DNA of 64,000 nt, taken from positions 16,926,001 through 16,990,000 of the forward strand of contig JAQFVV010000006.1 in assembly GCA_028023455.1 (NCBI GenBank), given 5' to 3'. The stretch is from Epiperipatus broadwayi. Taxonomy: Eukaryota; Animalia; Onychophora. Shown one piece after another: positions 1 through 11,350 of the stretch. The notes beneath the pieces are model-generated. The model was given only the letters and a program-made list of their open reading frames with translations. It had not been told where the DNA came from and ran no database searches. Numbering within the stretch: position 1 is the stretch's first letter; every line of letters begins with the position of its first letter. A program made the position numbers and the translations under genes.

Positions 1-239
1 AATCCACTACAGGATGAAGGTCTCTCCAAGTTCAATCTATCTCCGATCTTTAGCTTTTCTTCTCCACACCACCCCTGCACACTTTATTTCATCCATCCAT
101 CTCACATGTGGTCCCTTTCTGGTGTCTTTTACAATCTCTTGGAATCCAGTTTAAAATTTCAATTGTCCATCTATTATCATCTCTTCTAACAATATGTCCA
201 GCCCAACTCCACTTCAATCTTTTAATTTTTTCAATGAGG

Positions 240-1274
240 TCAGTAACACCTGTTTGTTCTCTTATCCATACATTCATTGCGTTTACGATCTCTTCTTGTT
301 ACTCCCAACATACATCTCTCCATACTTCTTTGAGTGGTCTGAAGTCTCTGAATTGCTCTTCTATTAAGTGTCCAAGTCTCAGATCCATAAGTAAGAACTG
401 GTAAAACACATTTGTTAAAAACCTTCCTTTTCAAACACATAGGCATATTTCCTTTTAGTATCAAGTTATTTCTACCAAAAGCACTCCAACCAAGTTTAAT
501 TCTATGAGTAATTTCCTCCATTATGTTTCCATCTGTATTAATAATCTGACCAAGGTATTTGTAACTGTTAACTTCTTCTAATTCATCATAATCAATCTTT
601 ATTTTCATATTTTGAGCAAATCGATTAAACATTACTTTAGTCTTTTTAACATTTATCTTTAGTCCTACTTTCCTACTTTCATCTGATAATTCCTGCAACA
701 TTTCCTGCAGATCTGAAGCATTATTTGCAAAAACAACTACATCATCTGCAAAATCTAAATTACTTAAATAATTTCCATTTACTTTCACTCCTTTAGCTTC
801 CCATTTTAATCCACAAAATACTTCTTGCAGCACTGCTGTAAAAAGTTTTGGAGATATGGAGTCACTCTGTCTTACACCCTTTTCAATGTTGACTTTCCTA
901 GTATCATTATGTAATCTAATTACTGCTGTTGCATTTTTATAAATATTCTTCAAAATATGACAATATCCCAGATCTATACTTTGATGATCCAATGCTTTAA
1001 TCACTGAAGAAATGTTTATAGAATCAAATGCCTTTTCATAATCTACAAATCCAAAACATAATGGCAACTCATATTCATTTGCCCTTTTTATAACTTCTCT
1101 CAATACCTGGATATAATCTACTGTACTAAAACCATTTCTAAATCCAGCTTGTTGTCTTGGTTGGTGAAAACCCAATGTTCTCTGTAGACAAGTTGTAATT
1201 ATCTTGATAATTTTTTTTATATAAAACTGATAAAAGGCTGATAGGTCTGTAATTTCTAATATCTTCCTTATCAT
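240..1274 (-). pseudogene. RTE reverse transcriptase domain remnant (344-aa ORF)
   Basis: QQAGFRNGFST, FVDYEKAFDS, KGVRQSDSISP, FADD, GLKINVKKTK, YKYLG motifs; frameshifted relative to flanking fragments. Confidence 0.92.
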
Positions 1275-2103
1275 CTTTTTAAAATATTAATATTAATACT
1301 GTATTCTTCCTATCATCTGGTACATCTTTATCATTTAGACATTTGATATATAACTTTATTAAATTTTTTTATATTTTTTCACATGTTTTTTTTTAAATAT
1401 ATCATTTATAATTCCATAATTACCTGGAGCCTTTCCTTTCATCATAAATTTAACTATGTCTCAGTTCTTCATTTAAAATTCTGGAGAATTCGGAAGATAT
1501 AATAGATATAGGAAGTACTTGTTCTTTATTACTATATAATTCTTGATAAAGTCTTCTACCCATTTCATGATGTCATCTTTCTTTTTAGTAATAATTCCAT
1601 CTTTTTTTCTTAATGCAGATATAAATTTCCTACCAACACCAAAATGTTGTTTTCCACTCTTGAGACTTTCATTCTCTTCTACTGCTTTCCTTGCTAGTTC
1701 ACAGTTATACCTTCTTATATCATTTTCAACTTTTTCCGCACCATTTTACAAAATTTGAGATATTCAGTCATTTTTAATGCATCATTTTTATATATCTTCA
1801 TATTCCTTCCTTTCTTCATAAATTCTCTAGTCTCAGTAGAAATTTTATTGGTCAATTGCTTTTTTTTTTCTACCAGCTATCTTTGTTGTAGTTTTTAAAA
1901 GTGTATTAGTTATTTTCATATTAATTTCATTCAAATCTAAATCATGTTCAAAATCTACTAATACTTGAAACCGATTTGTAAGTTCTAATTTAAATTCATT
2001 AGAATGTTTCTGAAGATTAAGAATATCAACTATAAATATTGTTTTTCTTAATTGTTTTTCTTAATAATTTTTGTCTCTCTGGTTTTGCATTTACACATAT
2101 CTT

Positions 2104-2826
2104 TTATCTTACTAATTGATGATCACTTCCTGTGTTAAAATTATTAAGAACATTACCGTCTTGAAGTAAGTATTTTCTGTTAGTCAAAATGTAATCCAAT
2201 TCTGCTGTATCTTCATTTGGATGCTTCCATGTCCATTTCCTTTTAACATTTTTTTTCAAAAAAAAAAAAGACATAATATAAAGTTTTTCTTTTTCTGCCA
2301 ACTCCACAAGTCTGTGTCCTTTCTTATTTCTATTACCATAACCAAAATTATGTACAGCACTTCCATCTTTCATTTGTTTACCAATTCTAGCATTAAAGTC
2401 TCCCATAACAATTTTAAAATGTTGTTTACTCTGATCAAAAGCCTTTTGTACATCCATATAAAAATCTTCTACTATTTCATCACTATGAGAGCTTGTTGGG
2501 GCATAAACCTGAATTATCTGCATTTGGTATCTGCTATTAAGTTATATTATTAATTTTGCCACTCTCTCCGATACACCACCAATCTCCACAACGTTGTTCT
2601 TCCACTTTTTATTTATAATGTTTGTGCCTTTATAGTAGAGTACATGTCCATTTTTTAAATCAATTGTCTTTTCACCTTTTCTTCTAACTTCACAAAGTCC
2701 AGTAATGTCCCATTTAATATAAAACAGTTCTTCTAATTCTTGCAATCTTCCTTCACTTGAAAGTGATTTGCAGTTATAAGTACCTAAATAAAAAGTCATC
2801 ATCAATTGGCAACCTGGGCTGCTCAC
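2104..2826 (-). pseudogene. RTE APE-type endonuclease remnant (two frameshifted ORFs)
   Basis: ORFs 2542-2826 (TYN, GLCEVR, GHVLYYKG) and 2104-2523 (VYAPT, GDFNA, LDYIL, SDH). Confidence 0.9.
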
Positions 2827-4855
2827 CCATATGCATTAGCCTGCATGATGAGTTTCTTGGCTTTTTATCCCTGAGTTTAAGATCAAGAAACACTATGGCC
2901 TTTCTTCTCAGTTGTCTGATAAGGCAGAATGAATGCATGTGTAAATGATAAATATTTTTTGCAATAGATATATACAATCTGACAGACAAAAATAATTCAT
3001 GGCCTTTATTCCTAGGAATCTGTAAAGTCACCCACCAATCAAGGCAGCAGTTGGTGGCCGAAGGTGGAGAGTGCTAAGAATCCTCTGAAAAACATATATT
3101 AAAGATACATATTTAATAAATAAAAAATATGGACTAAGCAACACAGAAGTTAAATATGTTATTGAATGATAGTGAGTGGGATTAAATAAACTGGTGTGGT
3201 CTGCAGTTTTTTTTATTGCTCTTCTATGCAGCCACTCCTGTGATTCATAAGTACCTGCTATACAACATAGCTCTTAAAAACATTTTTCAAACTTGTGAGC
3301 ACATTTCCTTCTGATTAATTCTACACTTCATCCAAGTTTAGTTTTTATGATTAATTTCATTGATTACATTTCTATCTATATTATTAATCGAAACAAGATC
3401 ATTACTATTAATCATTATTTAAGTAACTTTTGTGAAAATCTATTAAACACAACTTTAGTCTTTTCAGCATGTCTTTGCTTTCTGATTTTCACCAGTGGCA
3501 GATTTTCATTGCATGCTTTATCTTTAATATAGTTTGATTCCATCATTTCATGCTTTGTACATCCTAAAATGCAAGGAGCTTTGAGGGTTCTTTATATTAT
3601 TAGATTAATAAAATCTATAATACCTTTGAAGGTCATTATGAAGTCTAGCGGGTAATCCATTCACGTTCCAGAGGGCGGTGGTAGTGCAATTTTTTCAGAT
3701 CATCAATAGACATATCATTTTTCTTTTAGATACATACCACAGCGGTTATTCGTTATCCAGCCATTTTAAAATAATGAGTAAATATCCCAGCTTAATCTGG
3801 ATTGGACAGATGAATGTCCACACGTTGGACTATGAAAATTTAAAATACTTTAATATAATATGCTTTCTACTACTGGTAGATTGTAAGCCCATGTTTACTT
3901 TTAGCTTTTATCATATTAACTTACAAATAAGGTGCAAAAGATATTTGAAGTTGTTATTAATTAAAGCCCATTGTGTAAGGATTATTTAGTGCATCTCTAT
4001 AGATGAACAGAAAATGTATTGAACATTATTTTTTATCTAATTTTTAATGTTTTTTAAAAATCAATTGCGCATTTTATTAATCATTTTAAAAAGTAAAAAC
4101 TAAAAGGAATCTAATAAAATAAAGCATGAAATTAATAAAATAAGTAGCATTAATCTTTGTCTTGGAAACAATGAATTTTATCATGAAATAATTTTCAGAG
4201 TCATCTAGTGGGTGAAAATATCACTAAACTGTGTTTTTTTAAAAATAAAAATCTAATTTTAGATATTATGAAAAATGTTAAATTGTATTGATTATTATTA
4301 TATATAAGTTGTAACTACTCTAAAAGTTAATTAACCATATATTTCTTAATATTACATTATTATTGACAGCTTCTGTATTAAAGTATTAATGAAATTTAAT
4401 GTTAATGACAAAAATACTACCGCGCGCGCACACACACACACGCACAAACAAACATGTATATAAAGAAATTAAAATAAGTTGTAGACCAGTAATTTGGAAC
4501 ATTGCTTTAATCAAAAGAAAATTAATTTGAGACGGCACTTCGCATTTTTAAAGTATTAAATATATGGTAAAGACATTTGAAATATCAAATAATCGTGAAT
4601 AAATTGATACCCTAAATAAATCTTAGTGTCACTAATTGGTAGTGAGTAATTGTATTGGTTTTGTAGTTTTAAATTACCCCCCCCCCCCAATAGTAATTGT
4701 AAAAAAATAAAAAATAAAAAATAAACAGTGCAAGTAAAACAACTTTTAAATTAATTTTTAAAATACTTTTTAGCATTTTATGTTGTTTAAATGAAATAAA
4801 TTTGATTAAATCTTTGTAGAAATTTTACCATAAGGAAGTATTAAAAAATATCAGC

Positions 4856-4937
4856 ATTGGGATCAAGCATTGGTGGTCGAGAGCAGTTTCCCCGGTTTAG
4901 CGGGTTCGCTTCCCGGCTGATGCCATGACACATGAGA
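4856..4937 (+). mobile_element. Short tRNA-Gly-like SINE, copy 1 (internally shortened)
   Basis: gcattggtggtcgag...gggttcgcttcccggctgatgccatgacac resembles tRNA-Gly ends (GCATTGGTGG...GGTTCGATTCCCGGCCAATGC); similar to 5910-6011. Confidence 0.65.
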
Positions 4938-5257
4938 AGTGTTTAAAAATAATCACAACCAAATATTATTTTAAAAAAAAGAAGATAAAATTTCAGTAAC
5001 TAAATGCTTAGTTTGAAGTTTGTCATGGCGGACTGACTATTTCCATTATCCGGGTTATTTGTTAAATGTTTTTAGAAAAATTCAAACTCTGTTATTACCT
5101 TTCCAAACATAAGTTAATTTGTTAATAACATCTCGCAGGTTAATAATGTGCTCTAACCTGCTTAACAGTTGAATATATTTGAAAAAGTATAAATAAAGTT
5201 TGCTGTTATTACTAGGACAGTAGTTGAATATATATCTAGAAAAGTATAAGTGAAGTA

Positions 5258-5850
5258 CTCTGTAAAACTGACAATGAAACCCTCCAGCACTTCCTACTTA
5301 AATGTCCCTTTCTGCTTGGTATGAGAAATGTCACCAACTCCTGCCTTTCCTCGCACAGGAATACCATCTTCAACCTCCAAGAATCCATAGAAACAGGGGT
5401 CTTTGCAGCTATTAGACTATCAGTTTCCTCATCTATGTACTCTGGTTGCTCCAATGTGCCATTATTTTTGACCAGATAGTACACCCAGTGAATCAAAAGC
5501 TCTTGGACGTAATTCACTCTCCCAAAACGAGATACCGAACTAGCCCCACAGACACTTGGGCAATACTCCAACTCCCCATCATCTCAGCCTCTGTCATAGG
5601 ACTCAATCATTCAAATGTTTGTGACCCATGCGGTGCTTGCTCAATAAAGACATGCATTTCGGACTGTCCTGGACTACACACCGTTTCCCCTTTCCACTCC
5701 CCATTCCCTTTTCACATGTATCCTTCCCCTCTTACCATGTTGCTCCTGAAATTTCAATTTATCATATAATCACTCCCTTGTAAACCTTTTTCTAACTGTA
5801 TTGGTATCTGTTTTTTTTTGATGAGTAAACTTTCATCACTGAGAAAAAAA
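5258..5850 (+). mobile_element. 5'-truncated L1/Tx1-like LINE 3' fragment with 18-bp TSD
   Basis: TSD aaaagtataagtgaagta at 5240-5257 and 5851-5868; A-tail; starts within the zinc-knuckle-like region (DNETLQHFLLKCPF); homologous to 27611-28230. Confidence 0.88.
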
Positions 5851-5909
5851 AAAGTATAAGTGAAGTATGAATTTTCTAAAAAGTTTAGTTAAATGATGAA
5901 GTAGTCTGA

Positions 5910-6011
5910 TTTGGTCTTGCATTGGTGGTCGAGAGGTTAGCGCGACTGCCTGGCAGTTGCCCGGTTTGCGGGATCGCGTCCCGGCCGATGCTATGACACT
6001 TAAGAAAAAAA
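5910..6011 (+). mobile_element. Short tRNA-Gly-like SINE, copy 2, with 11-bp TSD
   Basis: TSD aagtagtctga at 5899-5909 and 6012-6022; tRNA-like body with A-box-like tggtggtcgagagg and B-box-like gggatcgcgtcc; A-tail. Confidence 0.75.
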
Positions 6012-8299
6012 AAGTAGTCTGACTTATGATTACAAATCAACTGCTGAATATTATCACAAAGCTGGAGGGTAAAAAAAATTTTTCACAGTAAAGGAGTTAA
6101 ATATCTCTGTTGTAATTTTTACTACATCACCTCCCTCCCTACATCGTGTGAGAGATGTGTAATGAAAACTGCACACAGAAATATTATTCATTAAATGGAT
6201 AATCTCTAGTTTAATGAATGACTAATTATTAATATACTTCCATTAAGTGGTTTTTGCCAAAGTTGTGAGGACAGTAAGTTTGACACATCAATGAAACTGT
6301 AGTAATTGGCTATCTACACACACACACATATATATATATATATACTGGGAATGATACAAGATATGTGTACGAGATTGTGATTTAGTCAACTGATAGTTCA
6401 GCATGAAATGTTCATTTTGGGGGATCATACATTTTGTTTTCACATGTCTTTGACCATATGTTTATGATTATACCCCTCCACAAGATATTAAAAGTGGATA
6501 GAAACCAGTCCTTACCTTGTGTGAGAATGGTTTAGTGAAAATTACACTATGGAAGTAAAAAATCATTTGTGATTTTCTGTTTTTGGTTATTAAGATACAA
6601 AATTGAATATTTAATGCATATCCGATTCGTATATATTATTCATTGTAAATAAAAACTTGTATAAGATTAAATATTAGCAAAATAACAAATTTATATTAAA
6701 ATATAATCCACCTCAGTCCGGTCGATAACATGACAAGAGGTCGCATCTAACTACGGTCGGACCTAGGGTCTTCATGTAGGATGCTGGCGATGACATGATG
6801 AAGTACATGACTCATGATTACATCTATTTTTAATAGACTAGCCTAAGACTTATCTATAAAATTTACATGCAATTTAAGTCAGTTCATCTAATATCTCACC
6901 ATTCTCTCTTGGATCCATTGCCTCAGTATTCGAATTCAGGAAGAATTCGCATTAGACTCTCTTGACAGGGATGTACCTATGCAGACTATTAATCAATAAC
7001 TGAATTAGCTCATCCCATTTATTATAAAGGAATAACCTTGATTTATCATTTATCTCCCATGCTCATCAAACAATACTGTGTGTGTGCATGTATAAAATAT
7101 TGGTTATAGGATTGAATGTAAATACTGGATCAACAAACTAGAAAGACTTTGTCAATTACACAAAAATTCATAATATTTATTTACAAAACATATTAAAAAC
7201 ATAGAACAAATTATCAATCAATGTAAAAAAAATATATATATTTACAAGTGCAAAGGAATTATTTGGATATATTTTTTTATACTTCTATGTCTATGATGAG
7301 TATCTATCATATGGTTAATTAAGCAATTTAAAATTACTTATCCCCTATTTCCCACGACAGATACACATAATATAGACATTTATATATCCAAAAGTAATGA
7401 AAAATTTATTAGATAAAAGTGAGATTGTTAACTAACTTAATTAGAAATTTAATTGCAACTCCAGATGCAGTATGCAGTTCTAGGTGTGGAAATTGGTTGA
7501 TCTAAAATAATCATCTTATTTATAATATCAAAGAAAGTTTTTATAATATTCATTGTGTATCCAATAAATATTAAAATTATTTGATATTTATGTTTAATAT
7601 TTGTTTAAATTTCCAGCAGCTTATTTTGGGGGATTTTGAAAAATTTTCTCCTCTGTTAGATTCATTAATGGCAGCGATTTTGTTTGACACATTATTTTGT
7701 GATTTTTTCCGGATTAAGGATGTTTTCCTCAAATCCATAAGATAAAATAATAAAAAAATCAGTCTCACCTAACTGCCATGTCTGATTTTCTTGCCTTGAT
7801 ACATACATATATCAATAAGAAATATAAATACTTTGAATGAGAGCTGTGAAACACACTGCCTCAAGACAGTCACAGGTGAATTTAATAAAGATTAACAAAT
7901 TTTAAAAATTGGAAGTGATTTAGTCTTTTTTTGAAAACTTACATTGATAATAAAAGTAATCAATCATTTATTGTTTGGTGTAGTCATAAGAAGTTTGAGT
8001 GCCAGAAACAATAGAGGTGGTGGTCAGTTCATGGATCTTGAACCCCAAATATGCTACTCTCCATTGCCCAAAACCACATAGGACTAAAATGATTGAAGGT
8101 TACTTAGCAGTTCATGTGAAGATTCACTTGAAGTTTAACCACTAGATGTGATAGAATTAAGCTGTGTGTCAGAGACATTAAACTTTAGGTTTTTTTTTGA
8201 AGGTTTATGATAATGGTATTTCAAATGTATTTATATATTGGTCTATTTCCATCAGTTAATTTTAAGAATTGAACTGTTAGAATAGCACACAGATTAGTA

Positions 8300-8520
8300 T
8301 ATCCATAAAGTTTTGAGAGGTATTATTATCCTCTTCTTCAGGGATTGCTGGCCTGACCAATGACAGTATTAGCATGGGAATCAATCCTGCATTCTTAGAT
8401 TCTTGAATATTGAATTTTAAGGCAAAGCTCTGACCAATTGAGCTATCCTGTCAAAGGTAATAGTCAGTAGAAAATTTTAAACACTTATCTATGAGAGTCC
8501 TCTTGATTTTTCATTTTTTC
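8300..8520 (-). mobile_element. Family A repeat (upstream segment + tRNA-like A/B boxes + degenerate HHR), left arm of palindrome
   Basis: Minus strand: tagctcaattgg (8434-8445), ggattgattcc (8377-8387), CTGAAGA (8335-8341) followed by AGAGG/CCTCT stem and aAAAC. Confidence 0.7.
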
Positions 8521-8654
8521 CTGAGTCTTAGTAGTTGGGATTATTCACCATTATCATGTGAGCAGCTTCTTTGTACTTTTTTTTCTTCTTGCGTGACAAT
8601 GGTGAATAACACAAAGCAACCTATGTGTGGAAACCACTAATCAATTTTGTGCTT

Positions 8655-8860
8655 ACGAAAAAAATGGAGAAATCAGGAGGACTCTCATAGATAAGTATAT
8701 GAAATTTCTAGACTATTGCCTTTGGCAGAATGGCTCACTTGGTTAGAGAATTTAAGAATCTAAAGGTCCAGGTTCAATTCTCATCCTAGTATTGCCACTA
8801 GTTAGACCAGCAACACCTGAAGAAGAGAGAATAATAATACTCAAAATGTTGTGCACATTA
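8655..8860 (+). mobile_element. Family A repeat, right arm of palindrome
   Basis: tggctcacttgg (8731-8742), ggttcaattc (8771-8780), acac-CTGAAGA-a-gag..ctc-aAAATGTT-gtg (8813-8853); inverted homolog of 8300-8520. Confidence 0.72.
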
Positions 8861-10499
8861 TTAATCTGTGTGCTACTCCTAACAGACGAACATAATTGGA
8901 ACATTTAAGTAAAGTTAAATTTTTGCAAGGGCATTCAATTGTTAATATTAGATGATGGAAATAGTCCATTATAAAAATAGAACTTAAACTTTAGTCTCAT
9001 TGCTTTAAAGCCCACAATCCTTAAACTCAAAAGCTAAAAAAAAATAACACCATTATTTAGGATATGCTAACTGAAATATTATCATCCAATATCAACTTAT
9101 TGCGGAATAAAGATCAAGTGCTCCATAGCTTCTTTTCTTCACATAATTCAGAAAACTTGCTTACCTATCCATTTCTTACATAGTCATCCTCCAGGTCGCT
9201 TATAGACTCCGTTGAGATTCTTTTCAGAACTTCTTGTCGTATTTCACAAAATCATCATCTTTTTTAAAGAAACACATTCTTTATTTAGTAATCTAGCCAG
9301 GACTTTTTAGCTCGACTCCTCTGTTCTTACCCACTGTGATTAAATATATTTCTAATTTTATTCTTTATTGCCCTAAATATACATTTGTATAGATATTATT
9401 CATTTAGCTACCATTAATTTTATTTTGGTGTTTATGTTTGTATGCGTATGAGGGTGCGCGGGCCGTCTATTCTAACTTTTTTTTTACTGAAAAGTGAGTA
9501 TATATGTATATTACAATAATTTTATAATCCTTTGCGTTATCACGTTTTATAAGTTGATATATACATATATTTTTTGCAATTATTAATAAATAACGTTTTT
9601 TTTTTAAAAAAAAGTCTTTCTATTATTAAATTCATAACTTGAAATATTTTTTATTGTTTGTTATGTAGTTGGTCTTTTTTTTTATTATCATGAAATAAGT
9701 GGTGCCTACGTGCACTCGCACATACACTTAATTAAAATACATTCTCTAACGCGTAAATTCATGGATTTACTTTTTTGTCTCCTTCGATTGGTTTTGTTCT
9801 AAAAAAGCAAAATTATTATTATTATTATTCATTGATTTGAACTTTTGAGTAATGAATAATTTATCCTTTGGAAAATGTTAATGAATGAAATGTAGTCAGG
9901 CTTAATAATTATTTTAAAACTGAACAATTGGTACTTTCCAGTCGTTTGCAGTTCGCTGCATTCTGGCCCCCTACTAAGTTTCCTTTTCTCTGAAGTATGG
10001 TTCGGTTTATTTATTATAACTGTTGGATTATAGAAAGTAATTTTCACCATAGTATTTACTGTTGACATTTTCTGTTGTTATAATTATGATCAATATTTGA
10101 TTCATTTTCACTTTTTTGCTGGCTTCTCTTTGTAGAACGATATACGATAAGATTGGAGGTCAGTGTACACGCCATTTGCAGTTTAGTTATCATCTTTAAT
10201 GTTTGATTAATAATAGTAATGTGATTCTATAATTTTTTTTTATGAACACACACATTCCTATTTCTTCAGTTTTTAAGAACATATGTTAAAAAAATAAAAT
10301 ACACAAAACTGTCTTTTGTAAAAACATCTATTTTATATAAATACTCTCACTGAGCTCTATCATAGCAGCTCCCACCTTGAGCTAATGATAGTGCTGATCT
10401 TGATTTATATCCATTTCATACGTATGCAAAAGGTGTTCTTTCATAATTCTTTGTCCTATCAGTTTACTCAAAGATCATTCAGTGAACACAAATAATAAA

Positions 10500-10790
10500 T
10501 ATGTGATGTGATATACTGTGGCTTCTCTTTAAACGAAATCAAGAATCTCTCAACAATTATGCCCAGAGAAACCTGTTTGCCACTTTATTTTCCATTCCCC
10601 ACTTTTAAGTTTTCCCATATTCTGCTCCATCCCATTTCCACAACATAATCTTTGTCAACTCTATGACCTTTATATCTAAATCACCCTTATCTTTTCCCAA
10701 ACCCAACATAAAAACCAATAATCCATTTTCTGTGTAATCACTTTTTTCATATTTATGCTTCCATAACTTCCATTATATGTACCCTTATAT
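10500..10790 (-). repeat. Dispersed repeat, probably a LINE C-terminal relic
   Basis: Shares long blocks (atgcccagagaaacctgtt, ctatgacctttatatctaaa, cttatcttttcccaaacc) with 54480-54770. Confidence 0.65.
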
Positions 10791-11260
10791 ATAACTTCAT
10801 TATATTTGAAACAAAGTGATTGTGCTGCCACCTATACAACCATACAGCACGTAAAATAAATTTTTTAGATAAATAGCCCATTGCAGAGCAAAGACTTCTG
10901 CAGCATATTTCATCATAGAAGAAGAGTGACAGGGAAAGCAGTATCCACCAGGCATCCTAATTGCGGGGTGGTGAGAGTTTGAGATGTTTTCCACTTTTGT
11001 TTTACAGACCAATAGCTCGATTCTCATTTACAGACCAGTATTAGGTGGTAGTTGAGTTGAACCAGCCATTTGAAATTTACTTGGCCTGTATTTAAACCCC
11101 ATATATACATGTACCGATTATCTCCTTACCGTTTATAGTATGTCTTTAGAGGAAAAATGCAGACTATCGTCAAAGCCAACAAATTAGGTCACATCTACAT
11201 ACTGTATACTGACTTTTTCTTACTCCATTTTATATTGTTTTTTATTTTACTTGTACACTT

Positions 11261-11350
11261 TTGTGGTTTGTCTATATGTTATTTCAGTGCTTGTGGTTTG
11301 TCTATATGTTATTTCAGTGCTTGTGGTTTGTCTATATGTTATTTCAGTGC
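11261..11350. repeat. Perfect tandem repeat, 30 bp x 3
   Basis: Unit ttgtggtttgtctatatgttatttcagtgc repeated three times without mismatch. Confidence 0.97.

Larger units (their letters stand above)
1..3090 (-). mobile_element. RTE-clade non-LTR retrotransposon, near full length, frameshifted; 3' end runs off the window start
   Basis: Minus-strand fragments in order: APE endonuclease (GTYNCKSL, GLCEVRR, QVYAPT, MGDFNARIG, DYIL, SDH), RT (FVDYEKAFDS, GVRQSDSISPKLF, LDFADDV, YKYLG) and RTE-type C-terminus (WSWAGHIVRRDDNRWT). 5' boundary approximate. Confidence 0.93.

Noticed and set aside
3000-3090. Possible HDV-like ribozyme at the RTE 5' end (GCCACCAA/TTGGTGGG stem on minus strand)
   Set aside because: Only 12 nt lie between the stem strands, too few for P2-P3-L3-P3; no full double pseudoknot could be drawn by eye.
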